From Patescibacteria group bacterium (GTDB taxonomy: Bacteria > Patescibacteriota > Microgenomatia > UBA10105 > UBA927), in assembly GCA_049322955.1 (NCBI GenBank), contig JBMOPU010000012.1:788791-852790 (forward strand): a DNA stretch of 64,000 nt. The letters are read 5' to 3'. The notes under the pieces are model-generated. The model was not told where the DNA came from, searched no databases, and worked only from the letters and a program-made list of their open reading frames with translations. The translations under genes were made by a program, and so were the position numbers. Positions 19,617-29,201 of this stretch are shown piece after piece; position 1 is the stretch's first letter; each line of letters starts with the position of its first letter.

Positions 19617-20336
19617 CTACGTTCTTGCGGCTATTTGCTCGCTAAATCGTTTTCCCAAACGACTCTGCACTCCGTTAACAAGATTTGTATGCAACACCAA
19701 CGGAAGCGTTAATTCATACGCCTCCCGTCGTTCCCGCTGGTGCACAAATTTGGCGCGCCAAATGTTTTTTGCCGGTTCTACCGTAAATTCATCCATCCGT
19801 ACCCCCGATCTTGCAAACGCTCTTCTCAACCAATCTTCTCCGTTCCCTCTTTTTTTGAAGAGTTCGACAAAAGGCAACGGTTCGATAAATCTACCGAAAA
19901 GATCAGCCTCAACAATTTGATCGTCGGTATTCATCGTGATACTCGGCGTATGCCCGATCCAATGCACCGAAAGTCTGCTGGAGTCACGCCGCCCTTTGTC
20001 CCCATTCCATGCAATCGTGAAATTCGGCATCGCATCAAGTTGTGCACCGACTCGTGCCGACCATCCGCCGTCGGCAAAATATTCATGCACGTTATGGTAT
20101 ATGTGATCCATACGCCTGCCCGTTTGTGCATACACCCCCACATAATCAAATGGGTAGTGGGTATTGAGGGGAGTGAACGTCGTACCGGTATTATTCACCA
20201 AGAGATCTTTTAACGTATTTGGAGGCGCCTCCTCGCCGAATAAACCGGGAAGCTTTAACCTGAGATCGGGAATGACCCGATCCCGCGAAAGCACCGTCTC
20301 ACGAGTATCTCCAAATGATTCGATCAATAATGCCAT
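19617..20336 (-). CDS. Hypothetical protein (239 aa), His-rich motifs
   Basis: Contains DHIYHNVHEYF and SVHWIGHTPS segments suggesting a metal-binding hydrolase, but no family could be assigned from sequence alone. Confidence 0.4.
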   Translation of the reverse strand: MALLIESFGDTRETVLSRDRVIPDLRLKLPGLFGEEAPPNTLKDLLVNNTGTTFTPLNTHYPFDYVGVYAQTGRRMDHIYHNVHEYFADGGWSARVGAQLDAMPNFTIAWNGDKGRRDSSRLSVHWIGHTPSITMNTDDQIVEADLFGRFIEPLPFVELFKKRGNGEDWLRRAFARSGVRMDEFTVEPAKNIWRAKFVHQRERREAYELTLPLVLHTNLVNGVQSRLGKRFSEQIAART

Positions 20337-20406
20337 GATGTGAAACTTTTGGGCAGACCCGGAAAACTATACCAGAAAATACATGAAAAGCGCAATGGAG
20401 CGCTCT

Positions 20407-21090
20407 TTATGGAGTAGGAGTAATTGTTGCAGATGAAGTAGCAACCGGCGGTTTTGTCGGGGTCGCCACGGGACATACGCCGCTCCATAATCCTTTATTA
20501 GCCTCACGGGCGTTTTTTTCTGCGGCGAGAAACGTATCAACATATGAAACATCAGGTGGGTATGTGCTGACATGCGCATAGCCTTCTTTCACCAGGTATT
20601 CATTGACCATGACGTCCCCTACCCATACATACCGAAGCAACCTGCCGAATTTATCCCGTTGCGATACGTCACGAACCAGTTCGACAACCTTTCCCTGCAC
20701 CAATTCTTTGTTTTTTGCGCTCGCTTCTTTGCCGTAGCACTGCACGGGTTTATTCGGCGCCACCGTTTCCGGCGTATCAACACCGATATAGCGCACCACC
20801 TCACCTCCCTCAATCTTTATCGTATCCCCGTCCACGACACTTACTACCGTCGCCAAGACTCCTCCGTGGGCTGGCACCGGCGTCGCCGACGGGCTGGCTA
20901 TTTGTGTTGTCGGCGTCGGTGTACCCTGCTCCGGTACCACTTGGGCAATCGGGTAGTATTGCGAAAATAACGTATAGCCGATCCCGGCAAACACCAGAAT
21001 GATCGTGGTTATCTGCACGGCACGCTTTTTTCCTATAAAGGGCTTAAGAAGCATCACGAGGGAATTTTTCATATCTGCATTCACACGCAT
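20407..21090 (-). CDS. Membrane-anchored thermonuclease (staphylococcal nuclease/SNase homolog) with Pro/Thr-rich linkers
   Basis: VVSVVDGDTIKI...RYIGVDTPE...YGKEA...DKFGRLLRYVWV...YLVKEGYAHV matches the SNase fold motifs; N-terminal TM; TPTPTT and C-terminal TPTKPPVATSSATITPTP segments. Confidence 0.8.
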   Translation of the reverse strand: MRVNADMKNSLVMLLKPFIGKKRAVQITTIILVFAGIGYTLFSQYYPIAQVVPEQGTPTPTTQIASPSATPVPAHGGVLATVVSVVDGDTIKIEGGEVVRYIGVDTPETVAPNKPVQCYGKEASAKNKELVQGKVVELVRDVSQRDKFGRLLRYVWVGDVMVNEYLVKEGYAHVSTYPPDVSYVDTFLAAEKNAREANKGLWSGVCPVATPTKPPVATSSATITPTP

Positions 21091-21135
21091 TATATGACGA
21101 TTGGGGTAACGAGTTCAAAAAAAGAGGAGTACAAC

Positions 21136-21567
21136 TTAGTTATATCCCGCTTGTGCCCATCGGGCGAGTGCTGATCCGCGTTTTACGGTGAGGAATCCCG
21201 TGCTATCAAGCCGTTCTTCATTGAGCGCGGGTGTTGCACCGTATGCCTGCAATTGCGCATGCCACATATCCGATTCACCCATAAAATATGCCAATCCAAA
21301 CGGATATTGCGTGTTACCGGTGTGCGGCATCGTAGCATCGTAATGCTTGCGTATATCGGGGGTCATAGGATTTGCTATGAGGAACAATCCGCTCTTCAAC
21401 CGTCGAAGCTCACCTTCCACAAACCGCAGAGGATGTTTGCGAAATTGTTTCGAGACTTCTGTCAGCATGTCGGAAAAAACCATCGGATCATACGACCGCT
21501 CAGCCCGGGCGACGAGCTCACGCACTGCGGCTTCTTCTTGGACGTTGGATCGCTCTATACGTGCCAT
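21136..21567 (-). CDS. Hypothetical protein (143 aa)
   Basis: ORF immediately downstream (same strand) of tRNA-Val; no motif recognised. Confidence 0.4.
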   Translation of the reverse strand: MARIERSNVQEEAAVRELVARAERSYDPMVFSDMLTEVSKQFRKHPLRFVEGELRRLKSGLFLIANPMTPDIRKHYDATMPHTGNTQYPFGLAYFMGESDMWHAQLQAYGATPALNEERLDSTGFLTVKRGSALARWAQAGYN

Positions 21568-21660
21568 AGGGTGTAAATATACACAAATCGGAGGAAAAAA
21601 TCAAACTATGGGATTCCTCGTGATGCTCGCGGCAATAACGGGAATACGAACACATACTGG

Positions 21661-21734
21661 TGGACCCGAGAGGACTTGAACCTCTGACCTTTTCAATGTC
21701 AATGAAACGCTCTAGCCAGCTGAGCTACGGGTCC
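21661..21734 (-). tRNA. tRNA-Val (anticodon GAC), includes encoded CCA
   Basis: Reverse complement folds as GGACCCG acceptor, GCTC/GAGC D-arm, anticodon stem TTTCA/TGAAA with loop TTGACAT (GAC), T-arm AGAGG-TTCAAGT-CCTCT, then A-CCA. Confidence 0.85.
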
Positions 21735-21801
21735 ATTCCCGGTAGGAATTTGCATGTTTCCTTCCCGGTATTCACCCCTATTATACCCGCTTTTCCCCCG
21801 C

Positions 21802-21830
21802 TTGACCACCTCCCAGGAGTGCTCTACACT
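21802..21830 (+). promoter_or_regulatory. Putative sigma70-type promoter for lepB (TTGACC-17 nt-TACACT)
   Basis: TTGACC at 21802-21807 and TACACT at 21825-21830 with 17-nt spacer, ~12 nt upstream of the lepB ATG. Confidence 0.3.
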
Positions 21831-21841
21831 GGGAAACAGAT

Positions 21842-22405
21842 ATGTTGAAATGGCTCGGAAAGATGATTGCGGGTTTTTTTGATTTCCTCCAAGGGATTGT
21901 GGCTATCGCCGCGGTCATGGTTATGATTTATCTGTTTGTCATGTCCCCACAGGAAGTAAGCGGACATTCCATGGAGCCGAATTTCCATAATGGCGACTAT
22001 ATCCTCACCAATAAAATCGCCTACAAAATGACCAACCCCGCCCGCGGTGATATCGTCATATTTAAATCCCCCACCAACAAAGATATCGACTATATTAAGC
22101 GCGTGATCGGATTACCCGGTGAAACGGTCATGCTCAAGGATCAGAAATTTTATATAAACGGGAAACTTCTTGAGGAGCGCTACAACTACAATAAGCCCGT
22201 CTATGGCGGATCGTTTTTGCAGGAAGGGGTCGAAATTGTCGTTCCGGAAGGGTTCTATTTTGTCAGCGGAGACAATCGACCGGGAAGTTCCGATTCGCGC
22301 GAATTCGGTCCGGTATCCAAGTACGATTTCATCGGCAAAGCACTCCTCCGCTATTGGCCGACCAACTCGGCGGGTATCATCCCGCACCCCACTTACGACT
22401 TCTAA
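21842..22405 (+). CDS. lepB: Signal peptidase I
   Basis: N-terminal TM; catalytic Ser box SGHSMEP, Lys box region YIKRVIGLPGE, and GDNR box (VSGDNRPGSSDSREFG). Confidence 0.85.
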   Translation: MLKWLGKMIAGFFDFLQGIVAIAAVMVMIYLFVMSPQEVSGHSMEPNFHNGDYILTNKIAYKMTNPARGDIVIFKSPTNKDIDYIKRVIGLPGETVMLKDQKFYINGKLLEERYNYNKPVYGGSFLQEGVEIVVPEGFYFVSGDNRPGSSDSREFGPVSKYDFIGKALLRYWPTNSAGIIPHPTYDF

Positions 22406-22443
22406 AAAGGGAAATTGCTTTTTTCGCGACGGGGAACTATCGC

Positions 22444-23256
22444 TTATTTGTCGCTCATTTTCTCGTGCATGTGCTTCAATGCTTGGCTCGTGGTTTCGAG
22501 GTTACCGCGAATCACAAACACGACGCGCGCTTCGACTTTGGATTGGGTGATCTTTACCAATCCGTTCACCGACTGCGCCAGATCACGGGCAATGGAATCC
22601 AGGTCATCACTATGGATGCGCTCGATCTTATGTGCGGGTGACTGTTCGCTTTTTGCCTTCATGCGACGGGCAAGGTCTTCCGCTCGACGCACCGACGCAC
22701 TCTCGGCAAGGATTGTCTTGTATGCGTCCACCATGAGCTTGACGTCATTTAAGCCGGCAATCGCCCGGGCATGCCCTTCGCTGATGGCATTTGATACGAG
22801 TCCGTCTTTGATTGCGTCAGGAAGCGCCAAAAGGCGCATGGTGTTAGAAACGTACGATTCGCTTTTCCCGATGCGTTTGGCGATACTGGTTACGGAAAGG
22901 CCGAATTCCTCGATTAATCGTTGGAATGCAAGCGCACGGTCGATCGGATTAAGATCAACCCGTTGCACGTTTTCCACGATGGCCATTTCAAGCATCCCCT
23001 TGGCGGATGTTTCCTTGATAAGCACCGGTACCGTGGTAAGACCGGCAATTTTTGAAGCTCGCCAGCGGCGTTCTCCCGCAATGATCTGATATCCCGCAGG
23101 TGTCTTAGCCACAACGAGCGGTTCGATAATGCCGTGTTCTTTGATGGAATCGACGAGGTCAGCAAGGAGGTCGGGAGCGATAAGTCCCCGCGGCTGGAGC
23201 GGGTTCGGTTGCAATAAGTCCAGGTCTAAATGAAGGATCTGTTGGGTGTCTGCCAT
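22444..23256 (-). CDS. parB: ParB/Spo0J chromosome partitioning protein
   Basis: ParB N-terminal box GERRWRA(SKIAG), HTH region, typical 270 aa. Confidence 0.85.
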   Translation of the reverse strand: MADTQQILHLDLDLLQPNPLQPRGLIAPDLLADLVDSIKEHGIIEPLVVAKTPAGYQIIAGERRWRASKIAGLTTVPVLIKETSAKGMLEMAIVENVQRVDLNPIDRALAFQRLIEEFGLSVTSIAKRIGKSESYVSNTMRLLALPDAIKDGLVSNAISEGHARAIAGLNDVKLMVDAYKTILAESASVRRAEDLARRMKAKSEQSPAHKIERIHSDDLDSIARDLAQSVNGLVKITQSKVEARVVFVIRGNLETTSQALKHMHEKMSDK

Positions 23257-23517
23257 TTATTTTTCGTGCGAGGGCAAGACCGACACGTACCGTTTACCAC
23301 GTTTTGTGATAAAAGAAACCACGCCAGACATTGTGGCAAAGATCGTATAATCTTTTCCCATGTCTGTGCCGTTGCCCGGATAGAACTTCGTCCCCTTCTG
23401 TCGGACGATGACGTTGCCGGAAATACAATTCTGGCCGCCATAAATCTTCACGCCTAGACGCTTCGAAATTGAATCTTTGTTGCCTTTTGCGGTACCGCCT
23501 GCTTTTACGTGTGCCAT
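23257..23517 (-). CDS. rpmA: 50S ribosomal protein L27
   Basis: MAHVKAGGTAKGNKDS...LGVKIYGGQ...IVRQKGTKFYPG...GKDYTIFA matches L27 consensus. Confidence 0.9.
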   Translation of the reverse strand: MAHVKAGGTAKGNKDSISKRLGVKIYGGQNCISGNVIVRQKGTKFYPGNGTDMGKDYTIFATMSGVVSFITKRGKRYVSVLPSHEK

Positions 23518-23565
23518 ATAACTTTTAACAAACTAATTTTTAACAATCACTACCGAAAAACCCGA

Positions 23566-24717
23566 TTACTTACTCTTTTGAAAAACGTAAAACTCGCGTT
23601 TTACGACTGCTTGCGGACGGCTATATTCTATAGGTCCAGCCATGAGAGTATATCCGAGGCTTTCACATCTGTCAACAACATTTTTCACGCGCATCACCGC
23701 GCGCTGGGTTGCATATGCAGGCATAGCCATCACAATTCTGCCGCCTTTTTTCATTACCGGTGCCCAATCTTTGAGTGCGCCGATATAGAGTTTCTCAAGT
23801 CCTTTCAGCACATTTTTAACTCGCTCGGGAGTGAGAACGGCGATGTTTTTGGTATCCACGGGTTCCCCCATAAACGGTTCGGTGACTATCGCATCAATAC
23901 TTGCCGGCGCGACATGTTTGGATATATGTGTTGCGTCGCCGACAAATACGTTGGCATAGAGCGGTGATGCCACCGGGTAATTTTTGCGGAGCCATTCAAG
24001 ATTTTTCTTGGTGTGACCGACGGCATCTTCGGAAATGTCGCACCCCACGACGTTTGATCCCCGCAACAATGCTTCGGCAAGAACCGTTCCCACGCCGCAA
24101 AACGGATCCAGAAGCATAGTCGTATGGGAAGAATCATGCGCGGCTATTGCGATATTGACGATCATTCGGGCAACCTTCGGGGGTAACATTCCCGCCTTGG
24201 GATCAACGGCAGGTCTGCCGAAATCCCGCTTATTCCAGTCTTCAAAATCCTGTACCGCCCGGGTTACCCCGATGCGATTTTGTTTCCCGACTTTTATAAT
24301 CACCAGCTCAACCACCTGTTGTTTGGCGACAACGACACTCGAGAGTGCCTCATCGTGTTTCGTCTCGACATAGCGGGCTATGATTCCCCGTTCGGTTAAT
24401 CGTTTCTTTACGGCGGCCGTAAGACCATGAGACACCTGCGTACCGTAGGCACTGATACCGAACGTTATATGATTATCGCGGGTTTCTTCAAGAAGGACCG
24501 ATACGATGAGATCTTCCGAATACTCCTCGATTTCATCATTTGCCGTCACGATTTTGACCGTTCCTCCTAGTCGTTGCATGATGTCGGCGGGATTGTCGGA
24601 AAAATCAGGGACACTCGCAATACCGGGCGCGATGAGGCTTGCAGTGGGATACAACGACGACAACTCCAAAAAAGACAAGTCGGGAGTTCTTCCAAAAATA
24701 AAGAGGGTTTGTTTCAT
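23566..24717 (-). CDS. THUMP-domain class I SAM-dependent RNA methyltransferase (Trm11/TrmN/Trm14-like)
   Basis: C-terminal methylase with LLDPFCGVGT (motif I of THUMP-associated MTases) and N-terminal ~150 aa THUMP-like region; located between rplU and rpmA. Confidence 0.65.
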   Translation of the reverse strand: MKQTLFIFGRTPDLSFLELSSLYPTASLIAPGIASVPDFSDNPADIMQRLGGTVKIVTANDEIEEYSEDLIVSVLLEETRDNHITFGISAYGTQVSHGLTAAVKKRLTERGIIARYVETKHDEALSSVVVAKQQVVELVIIKVGKQNRIGVTRAVQDFEDWNKRDFGRPAVDPKAGMLPPKVARMIVNIAIAAHDSSHTTMLLDPFCGVGTVLAEALLRGSNVVGCDISEDAVGHTKKNLEWLRKNYPVASPLYANVFVGDATHISKHVAPASIDAIVTEPFMGEPVDTKNIAVLTPERVKNVLKGLEKLYIGALKDWAPVMKKGGRIVMAMPAYATQRAVMRVKNVVDRCESLGYTLMAGPIEYSRPQAVVKREFYVFQKSK

Positions 24718-24720
24718 GCA

Positions 24721-25029
24721 TCAGGCGACTGCCGTCACCTCAAGCCTGGTCAACTGTGCACGGAATCCTCGCGCACGTCGGTATCGCACCTTAGACTTAA
24801 AGCGGTGGATATCGATCTTTTCGCCTTTTTCCTGGGCAATAATGGTTGCAGTCACTTTCGCACCGCTAACCGTGGGCTTGCCGACTTGAACCTTCTTACC
24901 GTCCTGTACGAGAAGGACGTCGGTGAATTCGACTTTGTCGCCGGCTTTGCCGTCAATCTTATCGACGGTGATAACCGACTTCTCACTGACCTTATATTGT
25001 TTGTTACCGATTCTTACAATAGCGAACAT
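24721..25029 (-). CDS. rplU: 50S ribosomal protein L21
   Basis: MFAIVRIGNKQYKVSE... matches L21 N-terminus and length (102 aa). Confidence 0.9.
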   Translation of the reverse strand: MFAIVRIGNKQYKVSEKSVITVDKIDGKAGDKVEFTDVLLVQDGKKVQVGKPTVSGAKVTATIIAQEKGEKIDIHRFKSKVRYRRARGFRAQLTRLEVTAVA

Positions 25030-25053
25030 AGGTACATATTATATAGCTTCAGC

Positions 25054-26160
25054 CTATCCAATTGCAATGCTCCCGTTATCTTCGCCCTGTCGGCGAAGCG
25101 CCAGGAGGAATCCGAAGGCTATGCAAAGCGACAAAATCGAGCTTCCCCCGTAGGAAACGAACGGCAGAGTAATACCCGTAACGGGGATAATCCCCATATT
25201 CATACCCGCGTTAATGACGACTTGCGTCAGCAACACCCCAAAAAGTCCTATGGTGTAAAAAAAGACAAACGGATTACCGATCCTGCCCTTCACATAGGGT
25301 CGGATAAGTTGCCACAAGAGGATGGCGTAGAGAAAAAGCAGGATACACCCGCCCACGAATCCGAGTTCTTCAATGAGGGTGGCAAAAATAAAATCCGTAT
25401 GATACTCGGGAAGAAAACGCAGATGACTTTGCGTGCCCATGCCGAGTCCTCTGCCGAAGAGTTGGCCGCTCCCTACCGCTATCATGGCCTGCAACGCATT
25501 GTAGCCCGCACCCTGGGGGTCGGTGGCAGGGTTTAAGAAGGTAAAAATCCGGGCCTTCTGATATGCGGCAAGTGCTTTCCAGAAAAGCGGGAAGCCGATG
25601 ATCCCGATCAATCCCCCCAAACCGAAGAGGATTAACGGAAATCCTCCTGCAACAAGCATTGCCACCCAAGAAGCGGCATAGACAAGCGATGTCCCTAAAT
25701 CAGGTTGCCGAAAAACAAGAAGGAACGGAATACCGAATACCAACAGATGAAGCGGCAACGATCGCCATATGCGGGGAGAAAACATCACCGCCATGCGGGC
25801 AAACGACAAAATCACGAGCGGTTTGACAACTTCCGACGGTTGCAGTTGCATGCCGAATATGAAAATCCATCGCGACGAGCCGCGAATCGGCTCACCGAAG
25901 TATGAAGCGATCAGAAGGATGATCGACAGCACATACCCGTAGGGTGCGAACCACCAAAGCAGTATCGGATCGAGTTTGGAAGTGACGTACATGAGCACAC
26001 CGCCGAAAATAAGGAAGAAAAGTTGTTGCCAAAACAGACCGACATTGGTGGTAATGAGGCTAAAAAGCCCGATAAGCCCCAAAAGTACCAGCGACAAGAG
26101 GACAACCCAGTCTATGTGGTACTCTGCGTCGCGGTAACTATGTCCGTAGTTTCTCCCCAT
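25054..26160 (-). CDS. rodA: SEDS-family peptidoglycan glycosyltransferase (RodA-like; second SEDS protein in window)
   Basis: FtsW/RodA/SpoVE family polytopic membrane protein (…FGMQLQPSE…GYNALQA…). Annotated start overlaps ileS 3' end by 49 nt; true start may be a downstream non-ATG codon. Confidence 0.75.
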   Translation of the reverse strand: MGRNYGHSYRDAEYHIDWVVLLSLVLLGLIGLFSLITTNVGLFWQQLFFLIFGGVLMYVTSKLDPILLWWFAPYGYVLSIILLIASYFGEPIRGSSRWIFIFGMQLQPSEVVKPLVILSFARMAVMFSPRIWRSLPLHLLVFGIPFLLVFRQPDLGTSLVYAASWVAMLVAGGFPLILFGLGGLIGIIGFPLFWKALAAYQKARIFTFLNPATDPQGAGYNALQAMIAVGSGQLFGRGLGMGTQSHLRFLPEYHTDFIFATLIEELGFVGGCILLFLYAILLWQLIRPYVKGRIGNPFVFFYTIGLFGVLLTQVVINAGMNMGIIPVTGITLPFVSYGGSSILSLCIAFGFLLALRRQGEDNGSIAIG

Positions 26161-28955
26161 GTGATGTCGGTTGCTAACGTGTCGTTTTTGACTTCTTCAA
26201 GAAGTGTTTCGGGCAATGATTGATATTCTTTCGAAAGCACCAGCGATACCCTCTCGTCTATTTTACAACCTTTCGTTTTTCTTAGCATTTGAATCTCACG
26301 GACGAGTTTTCGTTTGTCTCCCTCCGCCTTGAGTTCCGGCGTTATTGTTGAGTCCACGGCCACCGAAAGTTCTTTGTCGGTTTTTACTACTTCACCGGTT
26401 TTTATGTTAAGTTCCTCAAGGAATACCGAGATAAGCTCACTCGTTAAATCGGTATGGGTTGCGGATGAAACCGTAATCTTTGCCAGCGGTTGCCGTATCG
26501 GGATGCCGAGCTCCTTGCGTTTGGCGTTGCCGAGTTCCGCAATGGTCTGTACAAACGTCATCTGTTCCTCAAGGGAATCATCAATAAATGGCGTATCAGC
26601 TACCGGCCAGGACGCAAGATGTACCGATTCGTCTCCGTCAACAAGGTTTTGGTAGATAAGTTCGGTGATAAACGGCGTTACCGGTGCCATGAGGCGCACG
26701 AGGTTGACGAGCACCCAACCGAATACTTCCTGCCCTGTCGTATCGGTTTGCAGTCGCGCTCTGCTTCTTCGTAAATACCACGTCGACAGTTCGGTAATAA
26801 ACGCAAGCAATAGTCGGCAGGTCAGCGTCGTATCATACCCGTCCATCGATGCGGTGGTGTCACTGATAAGCCGATTAAGCTTGCTCATGATCCATTTGTC
26901 GAGCACGTGTACGGGCACGGGGGCAACCGTCGGCGCCGCTGTTTTCACATACAGTTTATAAAAACTCACCACATTCCATAGGGTCGAAACAACCTTCTGA
27001 TACACTTCCTTTACCCCGTCTTCGGAAAAGTTCAGGTTCTCTGCTTTCATGACGACCGACGCCATGAGGTAAAACCGCAGAGCATCGACACCGTATTTTT
27101 CAAAAAGGAGCGACGGATCCGGATAATTCTTTTTGGACTTACTCATCTTCGTGCCGTCTTCGGCAAGGATCGTTCCCGTGGTCACCGCATTTTCAAACGT
27201 ATGGGTACCGAAAAGCCCGACCGACATCACATGAAGCGTATAAAACCATGCGCGTGTCTGTGCGATATATTCGGCGATAAATTGGGCAGGATGTGCGCTT
27301 TCAAATTCTTTCTTGTGCTCAAACGGATAGTGAAGCGAAGCATACGGCATACTGCCGCTTTCCACCCAACAGTCAAAGACTTCGGGGATCCGTTTGCCTT
27401 TGATCGTCTTTGCGTCATCCACCCATATTTCCAAATCATCCAGAAATTCCCGATGGATATCGGTGAGCGCATTTGCTTTGTCGGTATCGACCGCCCAGGT
27501 ACGCAGTTCTTCGAGCGATCCGATGACACGGGTGGTATTGGTCACGGGGTCCACCCAAACGGGCATCGGAGTTCCCCAGTAGCGTGAACGGGATATGTTC
27601 CAATCCGGTGCGGTTTCCAATCCTTTGCCGAAACGTCCGTGCTTTAAGTGTCCCGGGTACCAGTTGATTTGCTCGTTTTGCACAATCAGTTTTTCCTTGA
27701 GTTTTGCGATATCGATAAACCATGCGGGTACGGGCGCATGATATAGCCGCGTCTCACAGCGGTAACACACGGGTACACTGTGGAGTCGATCTTCATTGCG
27801 GTAGATAAGACCGCGTTTTGCCAAATCCTCATTGACCAGCGGATTTACTTTGAGCATAAACATCCCCGCCCAGGGAGTCACTTCGGGCTTCATTTTCCCT
27901 TCGCTATCGACATGCTCGACGAGCTGAATATGATGTTTGGTCATGACGCGGTAATCGTCTTCGCCATACACGGCAAGCGTGACGATACCCGTGCCTTCCG
28001 CATCGGCAACATACGGATCGGCAACCACGACTCCCGCGCGTTCTCCGGCTTTCCGGGGATAAAAGTCATAATGCAACTCAAACGTAAGCTTTTCCAGATC
28101 CTCACCCGTGTAGTGCCCGACAACTTCATACGGATCATTGTCCAACATCCCCAGCGTGCTTTCCGCCAAGATGTACTGCTCCCCTTTTTGTTTGACTTTA
28201 ACGTATTTCATGGTCGGATTAACGGCAAGCGCGGGAGTGGCAAGTTTATTCCACGGGGTTGTTGACCATGCGAGTAAGTACGTATTTTCTTCTCCGATCA
28301 CTTTATATTTGTAGGTGGTGGAAGGACCGTTCATGTCCTTGTAACTGTTATCCATGGCAATTTCAAAGTTAGAAAGCGGGGTGGCACACCGCGGGCAATA
28401 CAGGATAACTTTTCGTCCCTCATACACCAGATCTTTTTTGGTGAGTTCTTTAAACGCCCACCAGACGGATTCCATGAACGTCGCGTCCATGGTTTTATAG
28501 GAATGCTTAAAGTCCACCCATCTGCCGATTCTGCGGATGACTTTTTCCCATTCCGTATCAAAACGGAGAATGGCCGATCTGCATGCGGCGTTGAACTTAT
28601 CGATCCCCATCGCTTCGATACCTTTTTTGCCGCCGACAAGGCCGAGTTCTTTTTCGATCATGTTCTCGATGGGAATCCCATGACAATCCCATCCCCATAC
28701 CCGATCGACCCGATATCCTTTCATCGTCCAGTATCGCGGAATGACGTCTTTGATCGTCGAAGCTAATATGTGACCGTAGTGAGGGAGTCCGGTGGCAAAG
28801 GGAGGGCCGTCATAAAATACGTACCGTTTGTCTTCGGGGCGTTCGGAAACGGAACGCTCAAAGGCATGGGATTCATCCCAAAACGACAGCACATCGTGCT
28901 CGCTGGCAGGTATATCCAGCTTTTCCTGAAAATTATCTTTGCGTAATTTTGCCAT
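26112..28955 (-). CDS. ileS: Isoleucine--tRNA ligase (type 2, eukaryote/archaeal-like, no C-terminal Zn-finger extension)
   Basis: HIGH-type motif PHYGHIL, KMSKS motif (GTKMSKSKKN), editing domain, 947 aa. Confidence 0.95.
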   Translation of the reverse strand: MAKLRKDNFQEKLDIPASEHDVLSFWDESHAFERSVSERPEDKRYVFYDGPPFATGLPHYGHILASTIKDVIPRYWTMKGYRVDRVWGWDCHGIPIENMIEKELGLVGGKKGIEAMGIDKFNAACRSAILRFDTEWEKVIRRIGRWVDFKHSYKTMDATFMESVWWAFKELTKKDLVYEGRKVILYCPRCATPLSNFEIAMDNSYKDMNGPSTTYKYKVIGEENTYLLAWSTTPWNKLATPALAVNPTMKYVKVKQKGEQYILAESTLGMLDNDPYEVVGHYTGEDLEKLTFELHYDFYPRKAGERAGVVVADPYVADAEGTGIVTLAVYGEDDYRVMTKHHIQLVEHVDSEGKMKPEVTPWAGMFMLKVNPLVNEDLAKRGLIYRNEDRLHSVPVCYRCETRLYHAPVPAWFIDIAKLKEKLIVQNEQINWYPGHLKHGRFGKGLETAPDWNISRSRYWGTPMPVWVDPVTNTTRVIGSLEELRTWAVDTDKANALTDIHREFLDDLEIWVDDAKTIKGKRIPEVFDCWVESGSMPYASLHYPFEHKKEFESAHPAQFIAEYIAQTRAWFYTLHVMSVGLFGTHTFENAVTTGTILAEDGTKMSKSKKNYPDPSLLFEKYGVDALRFYLMASVVMKAENLNFSEDGVKEVYQKVVSTLWNVVSFYKLYVKTAAPTVAPVPVHVLDKWIMSKLNRLISDTTASMDGYDTTLTCRLLLAFITELSTWYLRRSRARLQTDTTGQEVFGWVLVNLVRLMAPVTPFITELIYQNLVDGDESVHLASWPVADTPFIDDSLEEQMTFVQTIAELGNAKRKELGIPIRQPLAKITVSSATHTDLTSELISVFLEELNIKTGEVVKTDKELSVAVDSTITPELKAEGDKRKLVREIQMLRKTKGCKIDERVSLVLSKEYQSLPETLLEEVKNDTLATDITWGETTDIVTATQSTT

Positions 28956-29180
28956 AAAAAAACCCGTCCTCTTGATAATACTATAAAGGACGAGTCGGCA
29001 AACACCGATCGTGGTACCACCTTTGTTGCTTCTTGAACTGCTATAACGGGCTTACCCGAGGAATTCTACTTTCTCATTTTTGAGATTTCTTTTCCCTGCC
29101 TTTCCCGGTGATAGCCGGGATCAATCGCATTTCCATAAGCGAGTATAACAAATGCACCACTACGAAACAAGCCGTCGGAG
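28956..29180 (-). promoter_or_regulatory. T-box riboswitch leader (Ile) with intrinsic terminator upstream of ileS
   Basis: On minus strand: F-box CCGTTATAG (revcomp of 29041-29049), T-box core AAAGGTGGTACCACG (revcomp of 29009-29024; 12/14 to AGGGUGGNACCGCG), AGTA box, then hairpin CTCGTCCT/AGGACGGG followed by TTTTTTT abutting the ileS ATG. AUC-containing candidates for the specifier are present (ATCA, ATCT) but Stem I was not folded unambiguously. Confidence 0.5.
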
Positions 29181-29201
29181 AATAATAAACGAAGCGTTCG
29201 A

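Noticed and set aside
22415-23089. 224-aa + strand ORF
   Set aside because: Entirely antisense to parB, Ser/Arg/Ala-rich low-complexity translation; parB has clear family motifs.
24574-25536. 320-aa + strand ORF
   Set aside because: Antisense to the THUMP methyltransferase, rplU and rodA; no motifs, composition typical of GC-rich antisense frames.
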